NCBI GenBank assembly: GCA_030141605.1
Contig: JAQGDQ010000336.1
Span: forward strand, 1-64,000
Source of the DNA: Tubiluchus corallicola
Lineage: Eukaryota; Animalia; Priapulida
Direction: 5' to 3'
Length of the DNA: 64,000 nt
A model generated the notes under the pieces. It saw only the letters and a list, made by a program, of their open reading frames with translations, was not told the DNA's origin and did no database searches. Position 1 is the first letter of the stretch, and the number at the start of each line of letters is the position of its first letter. This document shows, piece after piece, positions 46,501-61,500 of the stretch. The translations under genes were made by a program, and so were the position numbers.

Positions 46501-49500
46501 GTTGTATGTAAGTCGTAAGTGCAATAATGTACTTTGAAGTTTAATCACTGTACTCTTTAAATCCCTTATAAATAAGTCATTACAATAAGAAATTAATGAA
46601 TTTCTATTGACTACACTTCATGTGTAATAAAATGATAACCTAGTTTGTCCAATCGGTTGCACATCAACAGGCAACTGTTGCTCGATCAGCTTTTTCCCCA
46701 ACTCGTCTATTTCACTCAACCCTTTTGTAGAGTTTTGTGTAGTTGACATTTTCAATGGACTTGAACTCGTTGGTTTGTGTGGAACAAGTGGTGGTGGTCC
46801 ATCACCAAATACTACACTGTCCAATGTGATAGGAGCAGGGAGTGCAGATGAAGCTTGAGAAAAAACTGGATGCAGTGCAACTGAATCACCTAGTAAAGAT
46901 GGTGCAACCTAAAATGAAAAAGAAATAATGAAATGTATAAGATTATTTAATTAACTAAATGATCTAGGTGGATAATGTAATTAATAGTTATCTTTCTCCC
47001 TGAAAAGGTGATACATCTGTAGTTATATTGGAAAATAAATAAAAAATTTGTTTTACAATCAGGACTCAAACTTGGGTGGCTGGAACCTCTTTATTGCAGG
47101 CCATGGTTCTGCCAACTGAGTAATTTGCACTACAAGTAGGCGGTGAGGAAACTTATTAAATAAGTCCTTGTTTGAAATTCAGTTTCTACAAACATAAGCA
47201 CTTCAAAATAAGGCTAAAAGTAGTTGCGTTTCTGGTAAATTTAGTAAATAATATTTAAAGATTTAAGAAGAGAAATATACGTTGTGTTTTGAAATTATTC
47301 AACATTTTTTTGGTGAGCATGCAAGCTTGAGAGAATATATTCAAGTTTGTATAATTGATAATGTTTTTGGTTCATTTATATTGTAAAATTATTTACTGGA
47401 AAATACTGTTATGTACCAATTTGCATAAATGTATTGGTTTTTCAAGAAAAAAAAGCAATACAAAAATCAGTTAATGTTTTTTGGGCCAGATTCTTTCAAT
47501 AAGTAAGGTTTTTAATTTTTTTATTTGAAACGGACGAAAACCAAAAAAATACAACTCTTGTCCCTAAAATGTAATTTTAATTGCACATTTCGGAGAAAGA
47601 TACTGTAGGACTGTTTTTCATTAAAAGAAAGCGTTGCCAATTTTCTATTTGATAATGGATAATGATACTGTCAGTATGTTTTAAATATTACAGACAAGTG
47701 ATATGATTGCTGCCGGTATTATGGGCAATATTAGTTATAGTTGCTATTAGGAACAGCATCATAAATTAGTGCAAATAATGCAGCCATAATAGGTAGGAAT
47801 AGGGCTGAAATATCTGGGCTCAGAATACTTGCAAAATAATTTGTGTCATTTAATTTTAAATGAATTACCTTTTTCACTTAAAAACTATGTTGTTATAGCA
47901 GAAATGAATAACACTTTTTTATTATCGCTGCCACACACCAAAAGGAAATGCGGAAAATCATTTGGACAAGGTTTGTCTTCTAAAGAGAGCTTTTTGTGCA
48001 GAACAGGTCTCCTACTTTGAACTTTGTATGATTCTAGTGATGGCTGCAACAGCTGACAACCTAATAATTGGTGGTGATTATATTACTGTTACAGATCATG
48101 CTTATTTTTTACATATTGCTTTGTTTTTCTTGAAAAGCCAATATATTTATTCAAATTGTCACATGGCAGGATTTTTCAGTAAATAATTTTACAATATAAA
48201 TGAATGGAAAACATTATGAAGAATTTAATAAACTTGAATATTCTCTTAAGCTTACATGCTCACCAACAAAAATCCAGCAAATTAATAAAAACTATCTTTA
48301 AAGTAGGACACAAAAGTAACAAAATTAAACAACGAGAATTACAATCAAAACAAAAATGTGAATCAGTTTACTTGAGGAGGTAATAATGGAACCGCTACTG
48401 TTGTCACTGGCGCACCTCCAGCAAATACATCTTTTAACTCAGACAAGTCTCCTGCCGTAGTGGATGCGATAGGTGGTGCAGTGGGTGGAGGCACAGATGA
48501 AACAATTTTTGGTGATGATGAGTGAGTGTTGTTTACATCTTGTAAACCTGTTGATACGACATTTTGTAATATGCTTTACATGCGAAAAGACACTTTAGCA
48601 TTATGAGTAAGACACAAGAGTTTCTCATTCTCTACAAGCGAACTATAAAAAAATCAAAACACAATAGTTAATTAAATTTAATAGTGATATTAGTGTTTTA
48701 AAACATTTCTACTTACTACAAAGGACTACAGCAGAGTTACGAGCTACGTTTAAGTGCATTTCACTTTAGTTTTTCTCTTGTAATTTACTATAATTGCTAT
48801 TTGAGGCTATTCTCATTGCACAAATGGAAATTTAAAATATCTGTGTGGTCACAGTGAGAACCTGGTTAGTAAATGGATGGGTGAAAGCCAGGCATGTCAC
48901 TTCAGGTGGTTTCATCTGCCATGTTGCTTCTTGTATTTGAAAAGGTTTATACATCCTAATATGAGTAAGACACCTTTGCTGACTTAGTATCCATTTTAAA
49001 GGATTGTCCTTGATTATACCATTTCTAAAATTCCAGGAATGATTTTGGCAATGATAAGTGTTCTATCTATAAACAGGCGCACCCATTACTGCTCTGATAC
49101 CCCTCTCAAAAAGTCGATTTCCTCAAAGGCAAAAAAATTAATTTTGGTATTTGTTAAAATAACTGAAAAAATAAGGATTATAAGTGCATAAGTAGTATAA
49201 ATTATTAAAAATTTTTTTTACTTACAGACATTTTTAATAATAAAAAACTTTAATACATAAAATTCATGCTTGAGTTGGGTCTTCAAACAGGTACTTGAGG
49301 TGATTCTTTTTGCAGTGTTTTTTAACATACAAACAGTCATTTTAAAAGACACATTTCACTGAACCTACTAGCCTTTCGAGGTGAACTTAACTTTTTGAAA
49401 TACGTCAGCCTTACAAAAAAACAATGGTTTTACTCACCCAAGTTATTTAAATCTATTTCCAGTAGCATGCTATCATGGCTATCACTAGGTGGTTCTCGGG

Positions 49501-52500
49501 CAGATCCAGTAGCGTTAGAAGCAGTTTTAGGCGTTTCTACAAAATCTAACCATGGATTCTCTGAATATTTAAATGAACGAAAAAATTGTGTTATAAACTA
49601 CGAAATTTAACGATGAATTCACTAAATGTTGAAGTGAAATATAAGGATTTCATCAGGCTAATACTTTTAAGTGCTAAGCTAAATATTCCGAAGCGACTTT
49701 TCGGTGTTTTTATTTTTATGACAAAATATCAAATTACCTGTAATTAAAAGATTAGCTGGAAAAATCTACTAATAAATAGTATCAAAGGAATACTAATAGA
49801 CAAAATTGTCATTTCATGTCCCTTGTCGTAACAATATACACTATCATATGCCTATACAGAAAACGAGACATAGTAACATACCTGGCTGTTTTGCTTCTGC
49901 TGTCACATCAACTATATTATATTCATTTCCTTGCACTGAAATTGACTTGTACTTTTCCATAACTTGAGTTAATTCATCATTGGCTTTTAGTACATCAGCT
50001 AAAAACAATCACGCTGAGTGCAAATATTCACATTTAACCTTTAAAACAGCAAATAAACTAGCATTATTGAAGTAAAGAGCAAACTGGGTAGTAAGTGGGA
50101 CCTCCTACACTATTCGAACTTGCACAATAGCTAGAACTTCAATGAAACTTTTTTAAACTGTAAACAAAAACGAACACAAACATTATTTTCAAAGTATGAG
50201 CATAAGATACAACCGAAATACCATTAAACATTATGTTATGCCTATCTAGATTCTAGACAATTTTGTTACTCGGTAAATTGATAATTTGTTAAAAATATCT
50301 AATTTAAATATTTTAAGTTGAAATATTATAAATAAAATTGTTTGAACATTGTTCTCAATTTGCACTGGTAAAGTAGCCATGGAGAATGGAAACTTTTTAT
50401 GAGAGTAAAAGGAAAAGACATCTACAGAAAGGCTAACCTGCCAACATTACAATCAAATCCAAAATAATGATACATCTTAGTCCATTCTAAATGTATGCTA
50501 CATTGCAAAATATGAAGTATACGTTCCTAACATGTCTTTTCTTTGGTACTTTATTGGTTATTTTAAGGCAAAGGTATTAAGTTTTATATTGCTACACCCT
50601 AAGAACTACAGAGATATCAAATCCAGACAAGGTGCTAAAAACTATTAATTTGCTCACCAATTGACTCATCATCAGTTTCACTTGCAAGTCTGAACAAGTT
50701 TGGTCGCAATTTTTCACAAGCTTCATAAAGCTCCTAAAACAAATGTTCAGAGAAAAGTTTCTGCAAGTACTCTACATATTTTTTTAAATCTAATGTTTAA
50801 TATAAATAGTTTATGAACAAACTTTTTTATTTTTCAAAATGGTTCACTTTCTTGTGAAAAACAATTTAGGTTTTTCATTTTTTAAATCACTATTTTCTTA
50901 GTAATTTTATTCGAGCACATTTCATTTAGTAATTGCTGCTAGAAATTAAAAGTCTGCCAGCTCACCTGCCAAAACTCTTAATATGTTCATCATTCTGTGT
51001 ATTGGATCGGTTTTTAATCATAGGTACCAGAAACTACTACTCATTTTAAATGACTGCAATGAGACTGAAACATGGATTATCATCTAGCACTCTATCTAAG
51101 CTGAGACACTAAACCAGCAGAAGCCATTAGCCATGCTCAGATGTATACGTCCCGGCAGGCCAACTCACCCAGAAGCAGTTTTTCTCAGTGGTTTGTTAAT
51201 TGATAAAGCTGCCAATTACTTAGCTGTAAAACATGATCACTCAGCTATTCCTCACTCTATTCTAGCAGAAGGGAATTTTGTGCAACACGTAACTCTTCGA
51301 CAAGCCAAAATGTACATATTCTGTTAAATAAGCAATATTTTTATCTCTCACATTTCCGCACGTTGTTCTAAAAGTACATATGGAAGTGACCCATTTACTT
51401 TAAAACCATCTAACATGATGAGGATGTGCAAAGCACATTGTTCAAAACACAAAACGGAAAGTTATCAAAGACTCAAAAACACGGTGCTGAACGCACTGCC
51501 GTCTCTACTAAAATTTGCCTTTATTATTTACTTTCATGAGTTCCCGGTCTGCGTCGGTTGAATGTTGTTGGCTGAAGTTTGACACCATATCACTAAGAAG
51601 CTTTGTGTTGTTTTTCACCGTCTCTAGTTCCGTAATTCGCTTGCTAACCTTTTCAGATTTTAATGCATCCTAATTAAAAGAAGTTAATCTTAGAGTTGAG
51701 AGTTCCACATATTTCTGGGTTACAAATACGCAAACCCATCATTTATGTGCTTCAAAATTTTTTGGAAAAGTATTTAGTGTATAAGGTAACTTTAAATAAT
51801 GGCACATAAAGACAAATAATGTTACATGACTATGAATCATTAAAACATTTTTAACACATCAATGCTACAAATAGTACATGTGGATTTTGTGTGGAACAGA
51901 ATGCATATTATTATTATTATTTATTTATCACGTAATGCTGACTGTTCAGAGCCTCGATGTGTTAAGTTAATGAAAGCACAATATTCACAACAGTTGTGAA
52001 TAGACCAATCATGAAATGCAAATTATGAAATAATATATAATAAAACTATTTCAAAATAACAAAGTTCCAAAAATTATTCAGGAAGATATGCAATAAATAC
52101 ATAATGGTACCATTCTATGCGAGAATGCAGTAACAATGTTAATTTTAAATAATTATAATGTATTTGAGACATGCAAAAAAGGGGAAACTTGTTTCTGGTT
52201 TTGAGTTGCAATAAATAGAAAAAACCTCGAAACTGAACTCAGCAAACAATTATACTAAAGCAGTGTAACTGAATACCTCACGAACTAAATTTTTGATAAG
52301 TCTATTTGCTGCCTGTAAATCTTCTGGATTCCTGCTTCGCAATAACTTGGACAGAAGCTGTAGAAACAATACAGGGTTAGCATTATTAGTGTAGTTTAAA
52401 ACATTTATTAAAGTTCTATAAAATCTTTTTGAAAAAAGCTCTGGCTAATCCCGAATAAATACAACAAATTCTGTGGCAAACAAATAAAAGCAGTATAATT

Positions 52501-55500
52501 TAAGCTATCTCAATGTGATGTACCTTTTGCTTTTCTGTATCCATCTGAATTTCATTCTTTCTGGGAGTGAGATGTATTGGAGCTGCAGCAATACTTGACT
52601 GATTTGTCTGGTTAGGCTAAATAACACAAAGATAAATACAGTCATCAGTAAAGCAGCATGAAAATTAAAAGTCATGGATAAAAATATAACATGTCACTTT
52701 CTTAAATTGATCATAGACACTGTCAAAACGTTTCACATACGAGGAACAACAAATTGGCCCGAAAACTTTTTGATATTATGTTACAGAGGATGTATGTATT
52801 CACAAAGTCTCTTCTATGCTAACAAATTACATTGCCCATGTAAATATTGTTTATTGTTCAAATCAGATGAGCAGAAGACTAAATTTATTGAAAGTACGGA
52901 AAAATTCCAGAACTTATGTGAACCTAACTGAACCATAGACAGTATATTTTAATTTCCAAACAAAACAGAACAGAATATCTTCATATAAAATAATCACCAA
53001 TTGGCCAAAACCAGTATCTGGTTGCATAGGCTGTTACAATGAGTATTGCAATATTAAGTGATAACGTGGTAGGCATACTTAAAAGGAAGTACACAAGCGA
53101 TTAAATTCAAACTTTTTAAGTAAAAATAATGTAATCACAGGAAAAATAAAAAAACATGTAAATGTGAAAGACAGTCATGTAACATGCAATTGTGCTATAT
53201 GCTTAGCTAGCAAGGCATACGAGTCCGACATGGAATCACTGTTGTATGAAGAACCTTGCAGTGGCATGCTGTGAGTGGTGGACCTAGGCATGCAAGCAGC
53301 TACGGGGTCTAATGCAACCTAAAATATTCACTAATGATTATTCTGCTGATTGTTTTAAACTCTGCAATCAGCGACTTGTTTATGCATAGATTTAAATGCC
53401 GCTGGCATTAAATCTACTTGCTAACGTGAATTCAGGGAATGAGTCATAGAAATTCTGCCCAGTCTGCATACCAGTAAACTCATATGCTAATTTTAAACTT
53501 GTCTTTTATCTGATTTTAGAGCCATAAACCTAAGACCTTTCACTCTGCAGACAAACAAGCTACTGTGGCTATTTCAGACTTCCAACTATTTGATTGAATG
53601 ATCAGAAGCTGGGTTTAATCGATAAGTGAGTCTGTTGCTGCATTATAGTCATTGAAGGGCACCGTGCTCGCATAATTTTGTATAGCACTTGAACCGAAAA
53701 TGGGCAGGGCCACATTGTTTAAAGAAGCGTCTTCATGAAGGAGCTAACAGGGTTGTAGCAATTACTAGAGTCGTAGATTTGATCTTATTAAAGTTACACG
53801 AATATGCTAGACATGCCAGTTTTTGGATACATCAACTAATTTGTCGTATAAGTATCTAATCTTTGATTATTGTTGTGTACTGCCTCTCTTAACACAGGAC
53901 ACTGTTATAAACGAGCACTGTGCTATTCAGATTTGTCCTGTTTAAAGATGATGCATAGTAATACTTTCCTATAAATCACAAAGGCTCACCATGTACAGCT
54001 AACCAGTAAACTGTACGTTGTTTTACAGCCAACAAGTGACATACATCCCAGCAAATTTAAAAATTAATTAGGTAAAGAGAAAGGCAATGAAAACAACCTT
54101 AACTGCTTGTATCTAAATTCCATTTGCATGTCCTTTTTCAGAGATTGCTCTGTGACGTTATTAAAAAAATCCGGCTATGAACCGAAATATTTCATAAGTT
54201 CTTTCTCTATGATAATCAGTCCAATGTCTGACAGTCTGGCATTGTCCTGTGTCTTCCATGCAAACGATTTAATATGCTATAGTGTAGTAGAGCAAGACCT
54301 CTCCACCGTTACCATTGATAACAGTATAGCCAAGATCAAAGCAGCTAGTTTATATACCTGCGGTAATATGTCATTCAACTCCAGGGTATACATAGCTTTG
54401 TATCAATTAAAGACAAAATCCTTCTGAAATGTGTCTAAACTGTAGACAGCTTTAAGTTCAGCTTGAAGTTGGCTTCTGTCAAAGTAATGAGGGTGAGAGC
54501 TTTGCAATAATTCCAGAGCATAAGTAGGAAAATTATTATGATATTTCACAAACCACTTTGAGTTCAATGGTTTTACAAACTGTAATTTGTCGATATTAGC
54601 AAATCTGAGTGAAAGCTCCTCCGTTACATTATCAATGAAAAATTCGACCGCAGAAGATATTCTTTGCACTGTGCTTCGCGAAAGCTCTGATTTTTTGGAT
54701 GAACAAGAAGAAAAGCACTGATGCCTACTAAACATTTAAAAAAGATTCTGCACTCTTTTATATTGTTTGCAGCACAACTGAGAACGAGATATAAAGCATG
54801 AGCATAGAAGTACACAAAAACTGTACAAGAATACTCTTCCTGCATTCGTTTCTGTAAACCATGAATTTTCCCAGCCATCATTGCTGTACCATCATCGTAA
54901 GTCTGAGCTACTAGTTTCTTTGGTTCACTGACAAGTTAATTTCACATGCTCAGAGAGGGCTAATGCATTTCTTTCATTACTAACGTCGGTAAAACCAACA
55001 AAACATTCTACAACATCCCCAGTACATGCTGCAAAACTGTGGAAAGTTTCGATGTGTTTGGTATATCTGACGTCTTGTCTAATAAAATAGCAACGTAAGG
55101 GACAGCTTCAATTTCTCTAGCAATGGCTGATAACAGTATGTTACTCAATGACTCAATCAAATCATTTTGGATTCTGTTAGATGTTCCGGTAAAAACAACA
55201 GACACCTCTAAATGTTGTTTTAACAAAGGATCATATTCGTTAGTGTAGTGTAGTAACTCGACATAATTACTTTTGTATATTGAATCCTCTGATTCATCCT
55301 GAGCTCAGAACGCTAATTCTTGTTCTGCTAGGTAACAAACAGCTCTAATTAAGCATTGCAAGATCTCACGATTCTGACGTCACTTTTCGTTGTAAAGTCG
55401 CATAGCACTTCTTTGCTGCTCATCCAGTTTTCACATCAATTATAGCCTGCCTAAATGTTTTCAACTGGACACACGCTGCCAGGTGTAAGGAACTAAATTC

Positions 55501-58500
55501 ATTGCGTTTTAAAGCTGTGTACAAGTTATTTAACTCACTATATCCATATTTGTTCCACACATTTTTTTCATTCACAAATGCTAACCATGGCAGGCAAAAC
55601 AGCTTATTTGTTGTTTGACACCTACTTATATTCATAAATAGTTTCCGAGACATGTCTTGAAATTGCTCATTTATTTTGTGTAAAATGACGTTAAATTGAA
55701 GTTTGGGTTGGGCACTCATTTGGGTTGTCATAGAAATTTCGGATGCTAAACGGAGTTCCTAATAAATTTTGCATAATTGATACAGTATTTTACACACATA
55801 CGTTACACTAAAACTATTATACACCTATATATACTATACTAAATTCACTATTGCTATGCTAAAAAAGTAAAAGCACACTAAAAAATACAAGACAGAGACT
55901 ATAATCGATATAGCTATAATAGCGATCATTCGAATTCCAGCAAACTACAGTACATATTAAGCAATGGAAATAACCATGTGATACGCGTCAGCCGGCACAT
56001 GTAGCCGGGTAAGCGAAACCTTTTATCGATGGCATTGCCAGTAGCGATTTAGCCAGGCCTTCCAGCACTGTGTTGAGATTGTAATATTGAGGAGTTATGT
56101 TGGATAATACCGTGGATGCATACAGCGTTTGCTTTTTATGAAACGCTTTTATGAGTTGTATAATGTAATGTTAATGAAGAGTAACTGCAATAGATCTTTA
56201 AATCTATTAGGTCATGAGAAAAGCTTGCAAGTACGTTATATATTCACCTTTTGGGAATTAAAATAATTCATGTTTTTGGAAATTAGAGGGCATGCAGCGC
56301 ATGCATTGCATGTATGGGTTGCACGCCACTGGACCCCTGTATTGTCTCTACCAGTAGCGTGCAACTGGAACAAAACTATGACTTTAAAATCGTGACAGTT
56401 AAAACAGCCTACAAACAATAAAACTGCACCGAAACTGTTAATAACATTTTATTAAAGAGACTGGGAAATAAAATTGGTAACTTCAACAAAATTAAACATG
56501 TTCCGATCTGTGCCAAATAAGATATCTAATCCAGATTCAGCGCCACTTGAAGTTCGGCTCATCACTAGTTTGTACACACATGTACATTGCCATTGCCATT
56601 TGTTTGGGACAATTTGCAAACAACATGTTAAAAAAAACGGTTAAAATATTGGTTGTCTGATCAGCGGTAGTTTAATTGAACAAACATTGTTTGATGTAAG
56701 AAATATGTTAATGTATCATGCAATTTGTGCAAACACTCATTCAGACAGTTTAAACATACCTCTAGAAGTGCATCATCATCCCCCTTTAATCGTGTCTGAA
56801 AAAGTGACGGTATTAAAAGTGAACTGAACCATGCAAAATGTGCGGAATATGCAATGTACTACAAACTACATGTATGCAGTCCATGTCTACCAAGCATCAA
56901 AGCATGAAATCTAAAACTTAGCTTCTCTAGAATGTTGAAAATCAATGCTTTAGATGCCCATTGTGAAACTTTATATATATTTCACTTTTTATTTGCAAAA
57001 TAGATTTACAAAATGCTATCAAATGTTTTTCTATCATGTGAAAGACACAGACTTGTTCACATTACAAGTTATAACTTAAAAAATTAATAAAAAGCAATAA
57101 AAATTAATCACGTTTTAATCAAATCAAAAAATGTGCCTCATATTAAACTGACGTAATACTGATCGTTCTTCTTATAAGAGGAATGTAATATATGACATTA
57201 GCAGGGATAATTTGCTGACTTACCCCCAAAAAACGTTTTTTGGGTTTTTTGTTATAATATTTGGTCTAGAGAATAACATATCCAAATTAGGCCGAAACTT
57301 GAGCACTGCTAAAGGTCTAATTATGATATCAAAAAAGATGATCAAAATAAATGGGTATTTAGTCTACCAGAATGGTGAAAAAATGCTCATTTTGATTCAA
57401 AAGAAGAAACTTTGCACAGTGCTAGTGGTCATTAAGGTGATTAATTTTGATTAAGGAATCAATCCAAATCCGTCCAAAATGGCCACAATCTTTAAGATGA
57501 CCAACTATAAGGCTGTGCCAGCTTATAAGGGCTATATCTTAGCTATCAGAGCATACAGGATAATGATTTTGGTGTCTAAATATAGGTTTTTAAGGTCAAG
57601 GAATCCACATCTGATTCCCAAAATGCCCCTATAATATCACCCCATTTCAAGATGGCTGCTAAGATAGCTGCAAATATTCTACAAAATGACAGAACTGCTT
57701 ATTTTGCCGACAAAGCATGAAACTTTGCATAAAAGTTAAAACCCATCCAGTTGATTAATTTTGAATATGGAGACAATCAAAAATTACCCAATATAGCCAT
57801 AGCATTCAAAATGAGATTAGATTAGAGAGCTTCTTTTCTCTCAAATGTAATTTGTGAATTGTACTAAATCTGTTTTAACCATATATTTTGTTTCATTCTG
57901 AGCACAAGCTGCATTAAACTCAATACTAATGTGAAGACGCTTTGGTACCAGCAACGTCACAGTTAAAACTCATTTGTGCTGTATCGTAATTTACAGTGAC
58001 AAAACATTATAGTCATGTTTACAACAACATAGCCTATCTTTTAAATCAATGTCAATTTTTCGTGTACTACCCCTTTAATGGATTTTATTTACCACATATG
58101 CTCATTTTCAATTTAATACAAAGGCAGGGTCAAGATCACTATGCAACCTGGGTATTTTTAAAAGAATGTTGCAAGTAAGAAAAGATAAGTTCTGTAAGCA
58201 ATTACAATATCATAAATCTGGGTATCATTCAACAGTTCTAGATTAGACGTTAGTTAAATTAAGCACAGATCTCAGACAGAAGTAAATAATGGTAATCCTT
58301 ACATGTGGTAGCACTGGATCATGTTTTACTATTCCTTGTCTTTTTAACATATCATATGCTTCCTTTACTTTTGATTCATGTGGAATGCTCAGAGTCCACG
58401 AGTAAATTATTTCAACAACTTTAGCATGCACCTTTGAAGATGTCCGGTTGCCTAAATACTGAAACAGCACGACCTGGATTAGCTAATAATTTTAAATGAA

Positions 58501-61500
58501 GTAAATACATAATTACAATATAAAAATTCTGACACTTGTAAAAAAAGATGCAGCAGAGCTGAAGTAGCAATAGCAGCAGCAGCAGCAGAAACAACATGAC
58601 TACAACAATAACAACAACAGCAACAGCAACAACAACAACAACAACAGGAATAATGTATGATGTCAACAAAAACCTACTATTTTAAGCAAACCTACAACTA
58701 ACCAAACCTGACAATAATGTATGAATTCAACAAAACCTACTATTTAAAAGAAATGCCTGACACAGACTATTTTAATCCTACATAAAATAGCAAACGAAAA
58801 ACAATGTATGCTATTGCATTTCTTACAACCTACTGAAATCAGTAAAATTACAAAAAAGTTGTCAAATACACCTTATACAAATAGCTGAAAATTGCTAAGA
58901 CATGGTAGAAAAAGAGAAAGAATAGCAAGTATTTGACAATAAAAAATAAGATGCAAAACACAGTCATAATATTTTCTAAGTATAATAGAAATAGCAACTC
59001 ACTGTACATAATATTTATACAAATTAATTTTAGAAAATCAGAATAAGTTTTAATATCTATTAAAGTTAAAACATTTAACAACCTCACCTTGGGTGACACT
59101 AATTTGATCATTTCGTTGAGAAATCGAAATTTTCCTATTTCGGTGTGAAATGGCCTTTCGCAATTCTTTGCGCATTGTTCTAAAACCTAAAAGAAAACGA
59201 AATGTGTGAACTTGCTGCATAATTTGCATAATATAACAGCTAGGAAGGTATTTGCTACACTACCATTGGTGCTGCCATCTATGCAAAATGTTAACAAATT
59301 AGCATTACTGCTAATAGCGCCAATAAGCATTACTGCAACTTTAAATTATAGTCAACAGTAATAGCTGGATCAAGTTTTGCAAATATTTTGCATAACTCAC
59401 AATTACAAAATGTATAGTTGAGCCTACCTATTTCAGACAACATTTGAGAAACAAAATCATATAAAAAAGCAATTCAAAATTTGGTGGTAAGCTGTAAATA
59501 GCAGTAAAATGCGAACATTATGAACAAATTTTTTACTTAACTTTCAATATTTTTAACGTTTTTTGAACAAACATTTTGAAATGGTAAGTTCATTTCTAAA
59601 CATAGTTATCTGACCTGTTCAAAAATTAAAATCAGGAACACATACTTCATCCAAGGTGCGTGAATTAGTTTTGTCTATGCACTTCTAGTTAAACAGAAAT
59701 TCGAATATGTGAAAAATACTCACAGACAATGCTAGTAATGCTTCCCATTCCTGAGGTGACTGTATTTTATGGGACAATAGTTTAGCAGCAATCTGAGGCC
59801 CATCAACATCTCTGTTAACTTGATCACAAAAAGCTATAACCTTTTCCCAGTCATAATCCCTGTTGATAGGACTTGTTGCAGAATCTAGACAAAAATATTT
59901 CTCCTGATTACTTGCAGATAAAAATCACAATTTTTTTTGTTTTTAAAACAGGCCTATGAAAGGCCTAAAGAAAGGCCTAAAGAAAGGCCTAGGAAATGCT
60001 TCTAATGTCGAGTAGCAGTAGCATGTAATATATGAAATAAAAGGTCTCGATGAGGCGAATCAAATGATATGAGTTACGCCCAGATTGGCTGACCCTGACA
60101 CTGCTAGGGGAGAAATAATTGAAACTAAGGGTCAGGGAATCAAATGATTCAAGTGTCAGGCACCAGCAGGTTGTACTACATCAAGTGAAAAGCATCAATG
60201 AAACTAATTGAGTGGTGTGAGTCACAGTAACATTTGTTGACCCTTGACCCTGAGGTCACAGGTTAAAGGGACAATTTGAAGTTTTAGTACCATGTAGTAA
60301 ACCAAATGAAAGGTCACAATGAGATGAATTGAATGGGATGACTTAAGTCTAAAATGATCAACCCTTGACCCTGGCAGAAGGCAAAAACTAATGTTGGAGG
60401 TCTGGGATACAAATGCATCCAGTGTCGAGTAACAGTAGGTTGTAGTAAATAAAATGAAAGTTCTCGCTGAGATGTGTTGAGTGTTATGAGTCACACCCAC
60501 ATCGGATGACCCTTCCACGAGTCACCGATCAAAAAGTGACAAGTTCACCGAAACTGTTAAGCACAACCAAATCTTACCACAGTTTATGACACAGTCAAAA
60601 ACGTCCAGTAATTGTTTATTAGTTTAGCTACTGTTTTTTCTTCATTTTTTTTTAATTTTTGCAGCTCCCAAGCAAATGGCTGAATGGTTCAATGAATGAT
60701 TTAATGCTGAATATGCTACTATGTATTAGAATACTATAGTTGCTTTTTTTGGCTTTAGAGTGGTCTCAAAAAAACAGTGTATAATAACAAGTAAAACAAT
60801 GTCAATATGCTCTGTCCGCCCAGCCACACTGTAGTAATATTAGCTCAAATGAATTTATGCCCTATACTAAGCAAAATTTGGCAGTCTTTGACAAGTTAGG
60901 TCTTAGTTACTTCTGAGCAAATGGCAAAAATTCATTAAGGATTCATTAAGTATGCAACTTAATCATTTGGTACTCAGCAATTTAATGGCACGCAGCAACA
61001 GACAATGGTTAACCTTCAGTTTTACAAATTTACATTTCAACTGTACTTGCACGTTTAATAATCACTAGTATAATTTAACCCACGTATCAAAATGCATTTT
61101 GGTAGGCCTAAAAGGTCGAAAACGGTAGTGCAGGGAAACATACCGCTTTAAGTTTTGACCTTGACATTGCCAACCTTCACCCTGTTACATTTACAGGCAA
61201 TAATTTAGCAAGGACAGTTAAGGCTGGTATTAGCGATACAATTTAGCATTTTTTGCTCCAACTTTCAAATAACTTTACATCAGCAAAAGAAAAAATATAT
61301 CCTGTCTGCATCATAATGAAACCAATATCTTAACTTTTTGTTGCAGAAACACTAAATTGTGATTCATTGCTCACAGTACTTCTCAATGGACAACACGATC
61401 ACAAAGATGCATCGTGAAAAGAGTATGTATGTGTAATTTCAGTGTGGAGGTGTTTTCACAATGGGTCATTGTGAAGTCATGACACTTTGCCTATATACAC

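Noticed and set aside
53221-53318. Apparent extra GGA exon on the - strand (tttag|GTTGCATTAGAC...|gtatgc)
   Set aside because: It is 98 nt and breaks the frame between phase-0 exons 4 and 5, and it overlaps the hAT terminus.
58421-58669. ORF with poly-Val/poly-Leu that looks like a membrane peptide
   Set aside because: It is a translation of the (CAA)/(CAG) microsatellite in a GGA intron.
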